From: Akkermansiaceae bacterium | GTDB taxonomy: Bacteria; Verrucomicrobiota; Verrucomicrobiia; Verrucomicrobiales; Akkermansiaceae | DNA: 64,000 nt | NCBI GenBank assembly: GCA_039769075.1 | Contig: JBDMZE010000012.1 | Coordinates: 171-64,170, forward strand | Direction of reading: 5' to 3' | Made by a program: the position numbers and the translations under genes | Notes under the pieces: model-generated | Databases searched by the model: none | What the model was told of the DNA's origin: nothing | What the model saw: the letters and a program-made list of their open reading frames with translations, nothing else | Shown here: piece after piece, positions 9,060-17,016 of the stretch | Numbering within the stretch: position 1 is the stretch's first letter | Layout of the letters: each line of letters starts with the position of its first letter

Positions 9060-9566
9060 TTACTTGAAATGCTTCTTTCCGGGGAGAGGTGTCGATTTTC
9101 TCCCTGATGTGAGATGCCGGTTTGCGGAACTCTTAACTCGTTCTGAATCTGTCACTTCAGGCGGTATTGCGGCTTTCTTGGGATCAACGTAATCAGTAGA
9201 AAATTTCTCTCCACAGAAAATACAGACAAAGCTGGGAGAGCAGAGAAATGAAATAGAAAGTCGAAGCCGATAACTTCCCATAAATGGAGAGGCATTCCGA
9301 TGTTTGGAGCAATTTTGAAGCGAAAGTAGTGATCCTAGGCAAAGTTGACAACGTGTCTTAGGACTACAAAAAAGGCTCAAAATTCGGAAAATGATGGCTA
9401 GCCCGAGGCAGACTCCCATGAAGACGACAATGCTGACCTCTCTGCCGTCGAATAGGTAGGCAACGATTCCTCCAATGAGACAGAGGAGAGAGATGAACGA
9501 GAGAATGAAAAAAAAGCTTCCGATCCCGAGAGCTCGAACCATTCCCTTGTGTCGTAGATGATGCAT
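9060..9566 (-). CDS. Membrane-anchored zinc-ribbon protein, paralogue 2 (unknown family)
   Basis: MHHLRH start, two TM helices, then RCQLC...NCSKHR...SYRLRLSISFL...CIFCGEKF, with a basic C-terminal tail. Confidence 0.6.
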   Translation of the reverse strand: MHHLRHKGMVRALGIGSFFFILSFISLLCLIGGIVAYLFDGREVSIVVFMGVCLGLAIIFRILSLFCSPKTRCQLCLGSLLSLQNCSKHRNASPFMGSYRLRLSISFLCSPSFVCIFCGEKFSTDYVDPKKAAIPPEVTDSERVKSSANRHLTSGRKSTPLPGKKHFK

Positions 9567-9732
9567 TTTTGGAAGCGTTTGGATTCTTGTCGTTTCAATA
9601 TTGGGCGATTTATAAGTGAAACGGATTGTGATGTGTTTATCAGGGACGCCGACTTATTTGTCGAGTAAATCTGCAGGCCTAGACGAGATATAAAATTTCC
9701 ATCAAATTTCATAAATCTATGGGCAACACCGG

Positions 9733-9897
9733 TTACCAATGAGAGATTCCGCCGTTTACCAAGAGTGTTTGGCTAGTGGCAAAGGATGCTTCGTCTGATG
9801 CGAAAAACTTCACGGCATTACCGATATCGGTAGCAGTGCCCCGGCGGCCCATGGGGATTTGAGCGAGATAGCTTTCCTTGTCCTTTTGGGGATCAAG
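9733..9897 (-). pseudogene. C-terminal remnant of a short-chain dehydrogenase/reductase (FabG-like)
   Basis: The stop-to-stop frame reads [54 protein letters not shown]. This is a typical SDR C-terminus, but the roughly 200 N-terminal residues are absent. Confidence 0.55.
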
Positions 9898-9912
9898 TTA
9901 GTGATACCGGAG

Positions 9913-10434
9913 CTAAGGAAGCTGGGCCCTGGTCAGTTTTCCTCTACGTCTCCAAGTGGACACGGATAAGATGATTCCTCCAATGAAGACTGAGAGGTAG
10001 GACGCGGATTGAGCCCAAGCAACGATGAGAAAGGCGGGGTGCTTGCTTTCTGGAATACGAGATTTGAGCGGTTCCACCAGGCCGAAGGTTCCACTGCTAT
10101 TAGTGAGAAAACCGATGAGCCCAGCAATGATGGCTAAGCTGAATGAGACGATCAAGGGGGTTTTGATCGGGTGAATGAGTTCTTCAAGGCTGAGCTTGGG
10201 GCGTGATCCCACTCTTGCGCAAATTTAGAGGATGCAGCCAAGAAAGAGGTCAATCCACCAAGTCGCCGCAATTCCCCAAAAGAGACCGAGAACAGTGGGT
10301 GAATCGGAATCGATTAGCTTCGGATGACTGATCGTAAAATACTCGATGCAGATGCGGGCAGTGATTTGATCGTGGACGATCCCTTAGCCGGTGGCTGCTA
10401 GGATCGAGCCCAAGATGATTTTGACTGCTTGCAT
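9913..10434 (-). pseudogene. Small polytopic membrane protein gene interrupted by two in-frame TAA codons
   Basis: One frame reads MQAVKIILGSILAATG*GIVHDQITARICIEYFTISHP...WWIDLFLGCIL*ICARVGSRPKLSLEEL... through to the stop at 9913. The in-frame TAA codons are at 10384-10386 and 10225-10227. Only the last 99 codons appear as an ORF in the track. Confidence 0.55.
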
Positions 10435-10443
10435 GAGTGAGAT

Positions 10444-11862
10444 CTAGAGGATCGAACCCGGCGCGTAGCTCGCGGCTTCGGGGTGGGCTTGTTTCGCGGA
10501 GGCGACGAGTTCTAGGAAGTGGGCGATCTGCTCGGGAGCGGCTCCGGAGTTGTTTTGGCTCGATTCGAGAATGGACGAGAGAGTGGCTTCGTCGATTGGG
10601 AAGCGGTCGTCGTTTCCGAGGCGAGAGACGAGGTTGTTTTCCTTCACTTCGCCGGTGCGGAGATCGGCGACGGTGGCGACGGCGTGTTCCTTGATGATTT
10701 CGTGTGCGGTTTCGCGGCCGACTCCGGCTTTGACTGCTTCCATCATGAAGGTGGTGGTCATGAGGAAGGGGAAGTAGTGGTTGTTCTCCGCGGCGATCAC
10801 AGCTTCGTAGGCATCCATTTGAGAAAGGATGGTGAGGAAGGTCTCGAAGAGGCCATCGATGGCGAAGAAGGAGTCCGGAAGCATCACGCGGCGGACGACG
10901 GAGCAGGAGACGTCGCCTTCATTCCATTGATCGCCGGAGAGGCCACCAGCCATGGTGAGGTAGCCTTTGAGTATGGTGTGGAAGCCGTTGACGCGCTCGC
11001 AGGAGCGGGAGTTCATCTTGTGCGGCATCGCGCTGGAACCGGTCTGACCGGGTGCGAAGCCTTCGGATGCCGTCTCGTGACCAGCCATGAGGCGGAGAGT
11101 CTTGCAGAGAGAGCTAGGCGAGGAGCCGAGGTCGGTGAGGGCGCTCACGGTCGCGAGATCGAGGCTGCGCGGGTAAACTTGGCCGACGTTGATGTAGAGA
11201 TCGGGGATGCCGAGGTGGGCCACGATGCGTCGTTCGAGGTCGATTACTTTGGAAGCGTCGCCATTGAACAGAGAAATGGTGTCCATCTGGGTGCCAACGG
11301 CTCCCTTGAGGCCGCGGACCTTGTAGTGCGAGATGAGGTTCTCGAGAGAGGAATAAGCACCGTGGAGTTCTTCCCCGAACATCGCGATGCGCTTGCCGAA
11401 GGTGGTGGGTTGAGCCGCGACGTTGTGCGTTCGGGCGGTGATGATGAGATCCTTCCACTGCTCGGCACGCTCACCGAGGCGGGCGAGGGTAGTGACGGCT
11501 TTGTCCCGGATGACCAGAAGGGAGCGGAAGACTTGGAGCTGTTCTACGTTCTCGGTGAGATCGCGAGAAGTCATCCCTTTGTGGATGTGCTCGTGGCCGG
11601 CGAGGTCGTTGAACTCCTCGATACGAGCTTTGACATCGTGACGCGTGATGCGCTCGCGCTCGGCGATGGCTGGGAGGTTGACTTGGTCGATGACGGCCTC
11701 GTAAGCGGCGATGGCGTCGGCGGGGATGTCGAGACCGAGGTCGTGCTGGGCCTTCATGACCGCGATCCAGAACTCACGCTCAAGGATGATGCGTCCTTCG
11801 GCGGACCAGATGTTGGAGATAGCGGGCGAGGCGTAGCGTTCGGCGAGGACGTTTTGGATCAC
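10444..11862 (-). CDS. purB: Adenylosuccinate lyase
   Basis: 472 aa. RYASPAISNIWS N-terminus, SSAMPHKMN signature loop and fumarate-lyase fold length. Confidence 0.92.
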   Translation of the reverse strand: MIQNVLAERYASPAISNIWSAEGRIILEREFWIAVMKAQHDLGLDIPADAIAAYEAVIDQVNLPAIAERERITRHDVKARIEEFNDLAGHEHIHKGMTSRDLTENVEQLQVFRSLLVIRDKAVTTLARLGERAEQWKDLIITARTHNVAAQPTTFGKRIAMFGEELHGAYSSLENLISHYKVRGLKGAVGTQMDTISLFNGDASKVIDLERRIVAHLGIPDLYINVGQVYPRSLDLATVSALTDLGSSPSSLCKTLRLMAGHETASEGFAPGQTGSSAMPHKMNSRSCERVNGFHTILKGYLTMAGGLSGDQWNEGDVSCSVVRRVMLPDSFFAIDGLFETFLTILSQMDAYEAVIAAENNHYFPFLMTTTFMMEAVKAGVGRETAHEIIKEHAVATVADLRTGEVKENNLVSRLGNDDRFPIDEATLSSILESSQNNSGAAPEQIAHFLELVASAKQAHPEAASYAPGSIL

Positions 11863-11953
11863 CTGATGAGAAAAATCCTAAATCTAGGAAAATGGAACCC
11901 TAAATCGCTTCAAAACTGGACTTTGGGTCGATTGGGTCGATGTTCTTCCAAAA

Positions 11954-12391
11954 ATGGTAGACGTCAAAAAGCTCAAAGCAGTGCTCGCTGAGAACCCTGG
12001 GAAAGAAGTGGTTCTTATCCTTCCGGATGGAGATGCGGTGCCGGAGCACTTTCATGTCACGGAGGTGGGAACTCTCCGTAAGGAATTCATTGATTGCGGT
12101 GGAACCCAGCGGGTGACTTCATGCTGCCAGCTACAGGCATGGGTAGCTACCGATCTCGATCACCGAATTAGCTCCGACAAGCTTCTCTCGATTCTGAACC
12201 TCGGCGCGAAGGTTCTCACGGGTGACTTTCTTCCAGTGGAGATCGAATATGAGCAAGGTGTCATTTCCCAGTATCCGCTCGATGGAGTAGAGGTAGAAGC
12301 GAGCCAGGTTGAACTTTACTTGGCGTCGAAGCACACCGATTGCCTAGCTAAAGAGAAGTGTGGCATCCCTGAGGCCGAGGAGGATTGCTGA
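11954..12391 (+). CDS. DUF6428-like protein
   Basis: 145 aa with PEHFHVTEVG...FIDCGG...CQLQAW, as I recall for DUF6428. Assignment is from memory only. Confidence 0.55.
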   Translation: MVDVKKLKAVLAENPGKEVVLILPDGDAVPEHFHVTEVGTLRKEFIDCGGTQRVTSCCQLQAWVATDLDHRISSDKLLSILNLGAKVLTGDFLPVEIEYEQGVISQYPLDGVEVEASQVELYLASKHTDCLAKEKCGIPEAEEDC

Positions 12392-12470
12392 GGGCCCTTG
12401 GGCGGGGCTTGCTAGTTAGCAGCGGAAAGATTGAGGTCGATTTTAGCGGTGTTTTTGATGCCGTTTAGAG

Positions 12471-12788
12471 GTGAACTTTAAAGGAACAATTGTTGGAGGA
12501 TGTCTGGTAGCGATCGCGCTGGTGGCTTGTCAAAACGTGGCTGATGTGGTGACGCCAGAGCCATCACCGCAGATGGCGAAGGCGAGCGGGAAATCGTATT
12601 CTGATCTCAAGGAAGGGCACGGAGTCTATATGAAGCAATGTGCCCAGTGCCACGAGCATCGGGTTCCCTCATCGACGACGCTGCCTGAGTGGCACGATAA
12701 GGTGAGCGCGATGTCAGCGATCGCAGGACTTTCAAAAGTAGAAGAGAAGTCGCTCCAGACTTATCTGGATGAATTCACGGATCGCTAA
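12471..12788 (+). CDS. Putative small c-type cytochrome lipoprotein
   Basis: GTG start, lipobox-like LVAC and a single CxxCH (CAQCHE). Confidence 0.5.
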   Translation: MNFKGTIVGGCLVAIALVACQNVADVVTPEPSPQMAKASGKSYSDLKEGHGVYMKQCAQCHEHRVPSSTTLPEWHDKVSAMSAIAGLSKVEEKSLQTYLDEFTDR

Positions 12789-13672
12789 GCGGTCAGGACT
12801 TGAGAGAGGCTTTCGATGAGCTTCGCGCGGAGCTTGAGCCCTTTTAAAAAGAGAGAGTGCTGATGCTTCTCGTAGTCGCGTCGCCCTTCGGGCGTCTCGA
12901 CGCAGATCGGCGCATAGCCGTATTCGGAGAGATCGTAAGGAGAAGCGCGCATGTCGATCTCGCGGGCTTCGATTGCGAGAAAGAGGGTTTCGGCAAGAAG
13001 TTCAGAAGGGATCCATGGTGAACTTTTATAAGCCCATTTATAGAGATCCATGTTCACATGGATGCAGCCCGGTTGCTCGTTCTCTTCACGGGTGTCTAGG
13101 GTGGGGGAGAGTTTATTAAATGACGCTGCGGAAGGCGCGAAAAAGCGGAAGGCATCGTAGTGCGAGCAAGCGATGGGTCTCGAGGAAACGAGCGCATCGA
13201 TTTGCGTCTGCGGGAGTCTCAGCGGAACGCTCTCGCGATGCCGCACATCCGCCCCTGAGTAAACCATGGCCCATTCATGAAGGCCGTGGCAGGCAAGGTG
13301 AGGCGGCCTTTCCTGGGTGCGCGTAAGAAGAGTGAGAATCCTCTGAAGTCGCTCGCTCCCTTTTTTCGAAAGTAGATTCGGGTCAATCCACACGCGCCCA
13401 TCTTCCCTGCGGAAATAGTTTGGCGAGAAATCGCCAGAGCCATCGTCCTCTAGCACGACCCCTGATCCGGGAAACCAGCGCTCCAGGCGACCCATCGAGA
13501 AAGAGTAATAAGTGTGGAGGAAATCGTAGACGGGATGTTCTTCATGGCGCGACTTTCGTTCCCGAAGTGGAATGGTGACTGCCTCAATTTTTTCGCGATA
13601 TTGCGCCGCTCGCTCACGCCACTCAGAAGTGCTGAGGGTTTGGGTTGCGGTGATGGGGGTGGAGAGAGGCAT
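12785..13672 (-). CDS. Conserved hypothetical protein (homologues are often annotated as 3-methyladenine DNA glycosylase)
   Basis: 295 aa. The HPVYDFLHTYYSF motif near the N-terminus resembles that family as I recall it. The function is not established. Confidence 0.45.
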   Translation of the reverse strand: MPLSTPITATQTLSTSEWRERAAQYREKIEAVTIPLRERKSRHEEHPVYDFLHTYYSFSMGRLERWFPGSGVVLEDDGSGDFSPNYFRREDGRVWIDPNLLSKKGSERLQRILTLLTRTQERPPHLACHGLHEWAMVYSGADVRHRESVPLRLPQTQIDALVSSRPIACSHYDAFRFFAPSAASFNKLSPTLDTREENEQPGCIHVNMDLYKWAYKSSPWIPSELLAETLFLAIEAREIDMRASPYDLSEYGYAPICVETPEGRRDYEKHQHSLFLKGLKLRAKLIESLSQVLTA

Positions 13673-13693
13673 CTTGTTCTAAAGATTGGTTAT

Positions 13694-14002
13694 TTACTCA
13701 GGAGGGGAGATCTTTGTCGCTCGGAATGATCTCAACTCGGGATACATTTTGATCCTCAGAGTTTTCGCCTTATGAGCATCTTTTAAAGACATATTCATCA
13801 GGCGCTCAGCGGCTACGCCAGCAAGCGCTCCCGCAATAGCGGCAATCAGGAATCCGAGAAAAAACAAAAGGAGCGCTGCTATCACGATTCCCGAGGCAAC
13901 GCAGGTGAATGCCACGATGCGACTCTGCCTGATGACTCGCGCATATTCCTCCTCTGTTACACCAGCTGCGACTTTTAGATGCGGTGGTAGATTTTCTTCC
14001 AT
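13694..14002 (-). CDS. Hypothetical small membrane protein
   Basis: 102-aa ORF with a long central hydrophobic segment. No family recognised. Confidence 0.35.
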   Translation of the reverse strand: MEENLPPHLKVAAGVTEEEYARVIRQSRIVAFTCVASGIVIAALLLFFLGFLIAAIAGALAGVAAERLMNMSLKDAHKAKTLRIKMYPELRSFRATKISPPE

Positions 14003-14109
14003 AAATCATGGTGACGCGCTGAAGGATGTTCGCAAGATTTCCCTTTAGATTAGGAGGGGCGAGCTTCCGGCTCTTGCTTTTACAGGCTAAGTCGTTGAGA
14101 ACACAGTGA

Positions 14110-15243
14110 ATGTCATTCACCGCCTTGGGTCTTTCTTCTCCTCTTGCCGAAGCTTCGTCGGATCTTGGTTTCTCAGAGCCGACTCCGATTCAAGCCGGAG
14201 TGATTCCCGAGGTTCTCGCAGGAAAGGATGTCTTGGGGATTGCGAAGACAGGTTCGGGTAAGACGGCGAGTTACGTGCTTCCGATTCTTCAAAAAGCGAC
14301 CTCGGCGAAGCATCGTGAGCCGGAGGTTCTCGTGCTCGTGCCGACGCGGGAGCTGGCTGATCAGGTGCGGCAGGTCTTTGAGCAATTTCTTCGAGCGCTT
14401 CCCGAGAGATTACGTTGCTTAGCGATTTTTGGTGGAGTGGCGATCAATCCCCAAATGCAGGAGGTGGGAAAGGCCGACATCATCGTGGCCACTCCGGGGC
14501 GGCTCTTGGATCTCGTGGGCAAGAATGCGCTGACTCTTTCGGCGGTGAAAGCACTGGTGCTGGATGAAGCGGATAAGATGCTCAACCTCGGTTTTAAGAA
14601 GGAAGTCGATGCCTTGCTCGCGCTGCTTCCATCGAGCCGACAGAACCTCCTTTTTTCAGCGACGCTGAGTCCCGCTCTGACAAGTATTCAGCAGGTGATC
14701 CTTCGTGAGCCTTCGGTGATCGAGATTGATTCTGATGAAACAGAGGCGGTCCTCATCAATGAGATCGCCTATGCGGTGACTGAAGAACGCAAGGGGCCAC
14801 TGCTGCGCTATTTGATCAAAAACGAGGAGTTGAAGCAGGTTCTCGTCTTCACTTCCTCAGCAGTGAAGGCAGATGCGGTGGTGAATAAGCTGACGAAGAA
14901 TCGCATCAACTCGGCCTCGATTCACTCGAAGATGAGTCAGACGATTCGCCGGGAGGTGCTGCAAGATTTTAAGGATGGCACTCTCCGCGTGCTCGTGGCG
15001 ACGGATCTCCTCGCACGGGGTGTCGATATCGACTCACTCTCCTGCGTCATCAACTACGAACTACCACGCTCGCCGAAGGACTACGTCCACCGGATTGGGC
15101 GGACGGGGCGGGCAGGGGAGAGCGGCGACGCCATTTCGCTGGTGAACCCGGATGAGGAGCATCATTTCAAAGTCATCCAGAAGAAAATTGGCCAGCGTCT
15201 CCCGCTCACCGAGAGCGCGGATCTGAATCTCCACGGTTTCTAA
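14110..15243 (+). CDS. DEAD-box ATP-dependent RNA helicase (RhlE-like)
   Basis: Q-motif region, AKTGSGKT, VLDEADKML, SAT and HRIGRTGRAG motifs. Confidence 0.9.
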   Translation: MSFTALGLSSPLAEASSDLGFSEPTPIQAGVIPEVLAGKDVLGIAKTGSGKTASYVLPILQKATSAKHREPEVLVLVPTRELADQVRQVFEQFLRALPERLRCLAIFGGVAINPQMQEVGKADIIVATPGRLLDLVGKNALTLSAVKALVLDEADKMLNLGFKKEVDALLALLPSSRQNLLFSATLSPALTSIQQVILREPSVIEIDSDETEAVLINEIAYAVTEERKGPLLRYLIKNEELKQVLVFTSSAVKADAVVNKLTKNRINSASIHSKMSQTIRREVLQDFKDGTLRVLVATDLLARGVDIDSLSCVINYELPRSPKDYVHRIGRTGRAGESGDAISLVNPDEEHHFKVIQKKIGQRLPLTESADLNLHGF

Positions 15244-15244
15244 A

Positions 15245-15505
15245 ATGGTTGATTCGATCTGGTCTCTCTACATCCTTCGCTGCGGCGATGGCTCTCTCTA
15301 CACGGGGATCGCGACCGATGTGGATCGTCGTTTTTCCGAGCACGAATCGCAGGGGCCGAAGGGCGCAAAATATACCCGTGGGAAGCTTCCGCTCGAAATT
15401 CTCTATCGCCGCGAGGTCGGAAGTCGCTCGGAAGCGACGAAGGAGGAGATGCGCGTGAAAGCGCTCAGCCGGAAGCAAAAGCTCGCACTCATCGCCTTGG
15501 CATGA
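15245..15505 (+). CDS. GIY-YIG nuclease domain protein (YhbQ/UPF0213-like)
   Basis: 86 aa with LYILRCGDGSLYTGIATDVDRRFSEH. The start lies 2 nt after the helicase stop. Confidence 0.8.
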   Translation: MVDSIWSLYILRCGDGSLYTGIATDVDRRFSEHESQGPKGAKYTRGKLPLEILYRREVGSRSEATKEEMRVKALSRKQKLALIALA

Positions 15506-15536
15506 TTTCTCTTTTCTCAAAGCCGCAATTTTCCCC

Positions 15537-16091
15537 ATGATTAAGTTCGATAAAAAAGTAAGCCGCATCCTGAGTCTCGTGCTGAGGCATGATCCCAAGT
15601 CCATTGGTCTGACTCTCGATGAAAATGGCTGGGTGCCACTCGCTGACCTCGTCGCTGGACTTCAGAAGGATGGAAAAAAGATCGATCAAGAAATTGTCGA
15701 GCGCGTCGTCGCGAATAGTGATCAGCAGCGTTTCGCCATCTCAGAAGACGGCCTTCTCATTCGTGCGAACCAAGGGCACTCGGTCGATGTGAATCTTGAG
15801 CTAGAAGAAAAAGAGCCTCCTACTTGGCTCTTTCACGGAACCTCGCTCCGTGCTCTCACCGTGATCGAGGGTCAGGGCATTCATAAGCAAGAGCGCGACT
15901 ACGTTCACCTCAGCGCTGATCAATCGACAGCTCGGAAATGCGCTCAGCGAAAGGGCAAGCCCGTCGTGATCGAGGTCGCCAGCAAGCTCATGCACAAGAA
16001 TGGGCATGTTTTTTACCAAGCGGATAATGGCGTCTGGCTCACTGATCACATCCCGCCTGATTACATGAACAAGCGGGCGAAGCTTTACTAG
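15537..16091 (+). CDS. kptA: RNA 2'-phosphotransferase Tpt1/KptA
   Basis: 184 aa. LSLVLRHDP...LDENGWVPLADL, RANQGHS and VHLS motifs. Confidence 0.85.
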   Translation: MIKFDKKVSRILSLVLRHDPKSIGLTLDENGWVPLADLVAGLQKDGKKIDQEIVERVVANSDQQRFAISEDGLLIRANQGHSVDVNLELEEKEPPTWLFHGTSLRALTVIEGQGIHKQERDYVHLSADQSTARKCAQRKGKPVVIEVASKLMHKNGHVFYQADNGVWLTDHIPPDYMNKRAKLY

Positions 16092-16106
16092 ATTCAAAAC
16101 CTAAGA

Positions 16107-16189
16107 AGAAATCTGCGCAATCAGCGTGAATCCTTCTTAATCTGCGCCCCCCCCCATCTTTTTCATGAAGAATTTTTGCGCAGATTTCT
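16107..16189. repeat. Inverted repeat (14-nt arms) enclosing AATC-phased words and a C9 tract in the kptA/rlu convergent spacer
   Basis: agaaatctgcgcaa (16107-16120) is the exact reverse complement of ttgcgcagatttct (16176-16189). AATC words start at 16110, 16119, 16129 and 16139. A C9 tract spans 16147-16155. Confidence 0.6.
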
Positions 16190-16203
16190 CTCCCAGTTGC
16201 GCG

Positions 16204-17016
16204 TCAAAGACACTTCGCAATTGCCTCATCAAGAGGCGCTTCAATCAGCAGCTCTTCTCCCGTCACCGGATGCCTCAGTCGTAGGCTCTTCGCCTGGAGA
16301 AGCATTCTCGATTCGGTTCCCAGCAGCTCACCAAGATAATCGCAGCGCTCGACTCCCGCGTAGCGATAGTCGCCGACAATCGGATGGCCCACGTGTAAAA
16401 GATGTCGCCGAATCTGATGAAAGCGGCCTGTCTTTGGAAATGCTTCGATCAGAGTGAGATTACCTTTGATTGGTTGGAGGACTTTGAAATCAGTCCGTGC
16501 GCTCCGGTGGGGAGCGCCTTCTTTTTTCTGGATCGGTTCCTCGCAGGTCCATTCATCCGCGAGCGGTCGCCCCACGATGACCGCCCAGTAAACCTTCTCG
16601 ACCTCATGCTGCTCGAAGGCAAAGTGAAGCTCGCGTGCCACCTCCGGATCGGTTGCAAAAATAAGAACGCCTGAGGTGGGCCGATCAAGCCGATGAATTG
16701 GGTGAACTCGCTTCCCGATCTGATCCCTTAGAATCTTCATCGTCACCTCATCGCCTTCCTGCGGCTTGTCGGCTGGGATCACCATTTGGCCGGCAGGCTT
16801 GTCGACCGCGACGATGACGTCGTCTTGATAAAGAATGTCGAGTGGCACGCGCGAAGGAAACTTGTCCGAAGTAAAAAAGCCGATCTTAAAATCATCTTTT
16901 CGTTTCTTGTCTGGAAGCGCACCTTGCTGCTTGTGAAAAAGCTTTCCACGCACACCGCTATCTCCACCGCGTCCCCGCGCCTCCACTCGTGCCGGTGCAG
17001 CTGGATGAAGACTCAC
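16204..17016 (-). CDS. RluA-family pseudouridine synthase
   Basis: VAVDKPAGQMV and HRLDRPTSGVLIFA catalytic-Asp motifs. The roughly 60-aa basic N-terminal extension is unusual, so the true start is uncertain. Confidence 0.8.
   Translation of the reverse strand: MSLHPAAPARVEARGRGGDSGVRGKLFHKQQGALPDKKRKDDFKIGFFTSDKFPSRVPLDILYQDDVIVAVDKPAGQMVIPADKPQEGDEVTMKILRDQIGKRVHPIHRLDRPTSGVLIFATDPEVARELHFAFEQHEVEKVYWAVIVGRPLADEWTCEEPIQKKEGAPHRSARTDFKVLQPIKGNLTLIEAFPKTGRFHQIRRHLLHVGHPIVGDYRYAGVERCDYLGELLGTESRMLLQAKSLRLRHPVTGEELLIEAPLDEAIAKCL

Noticed and set aside
9913-10434. Idea that the in-frame TAA codons here and at 28023 reflect TAA reassignment or a systematic recoding signal.
   Set aside because: TAA is the ordinary terminator of many well-supported genes in this window, including the MtfA-like gene, fabI, both GYF genes, the DUF2752 gene and the helicase. 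A changed genetic code is therefore untenable. Pseudogenisation is the simpler explanation.
10519-11991. 490-aa ORF on the plus strand opposite purB.
   Set aside because: It is an antisense shadow ORF of a GC-rich gene. The product is low-complexity (Gly/Asp/Val/Glu-rich) with no recognisable motifs, while the minus-strand product is an unmistakable adenylosuccinate lyase.
16147-16155. C9 homopolymer as a phase-variation switch.
   Set aside because: It lies in a spacer between two convergent stop codons. It is not in a coding region or between promoter elements, so length changes would not switch any gene on or off.
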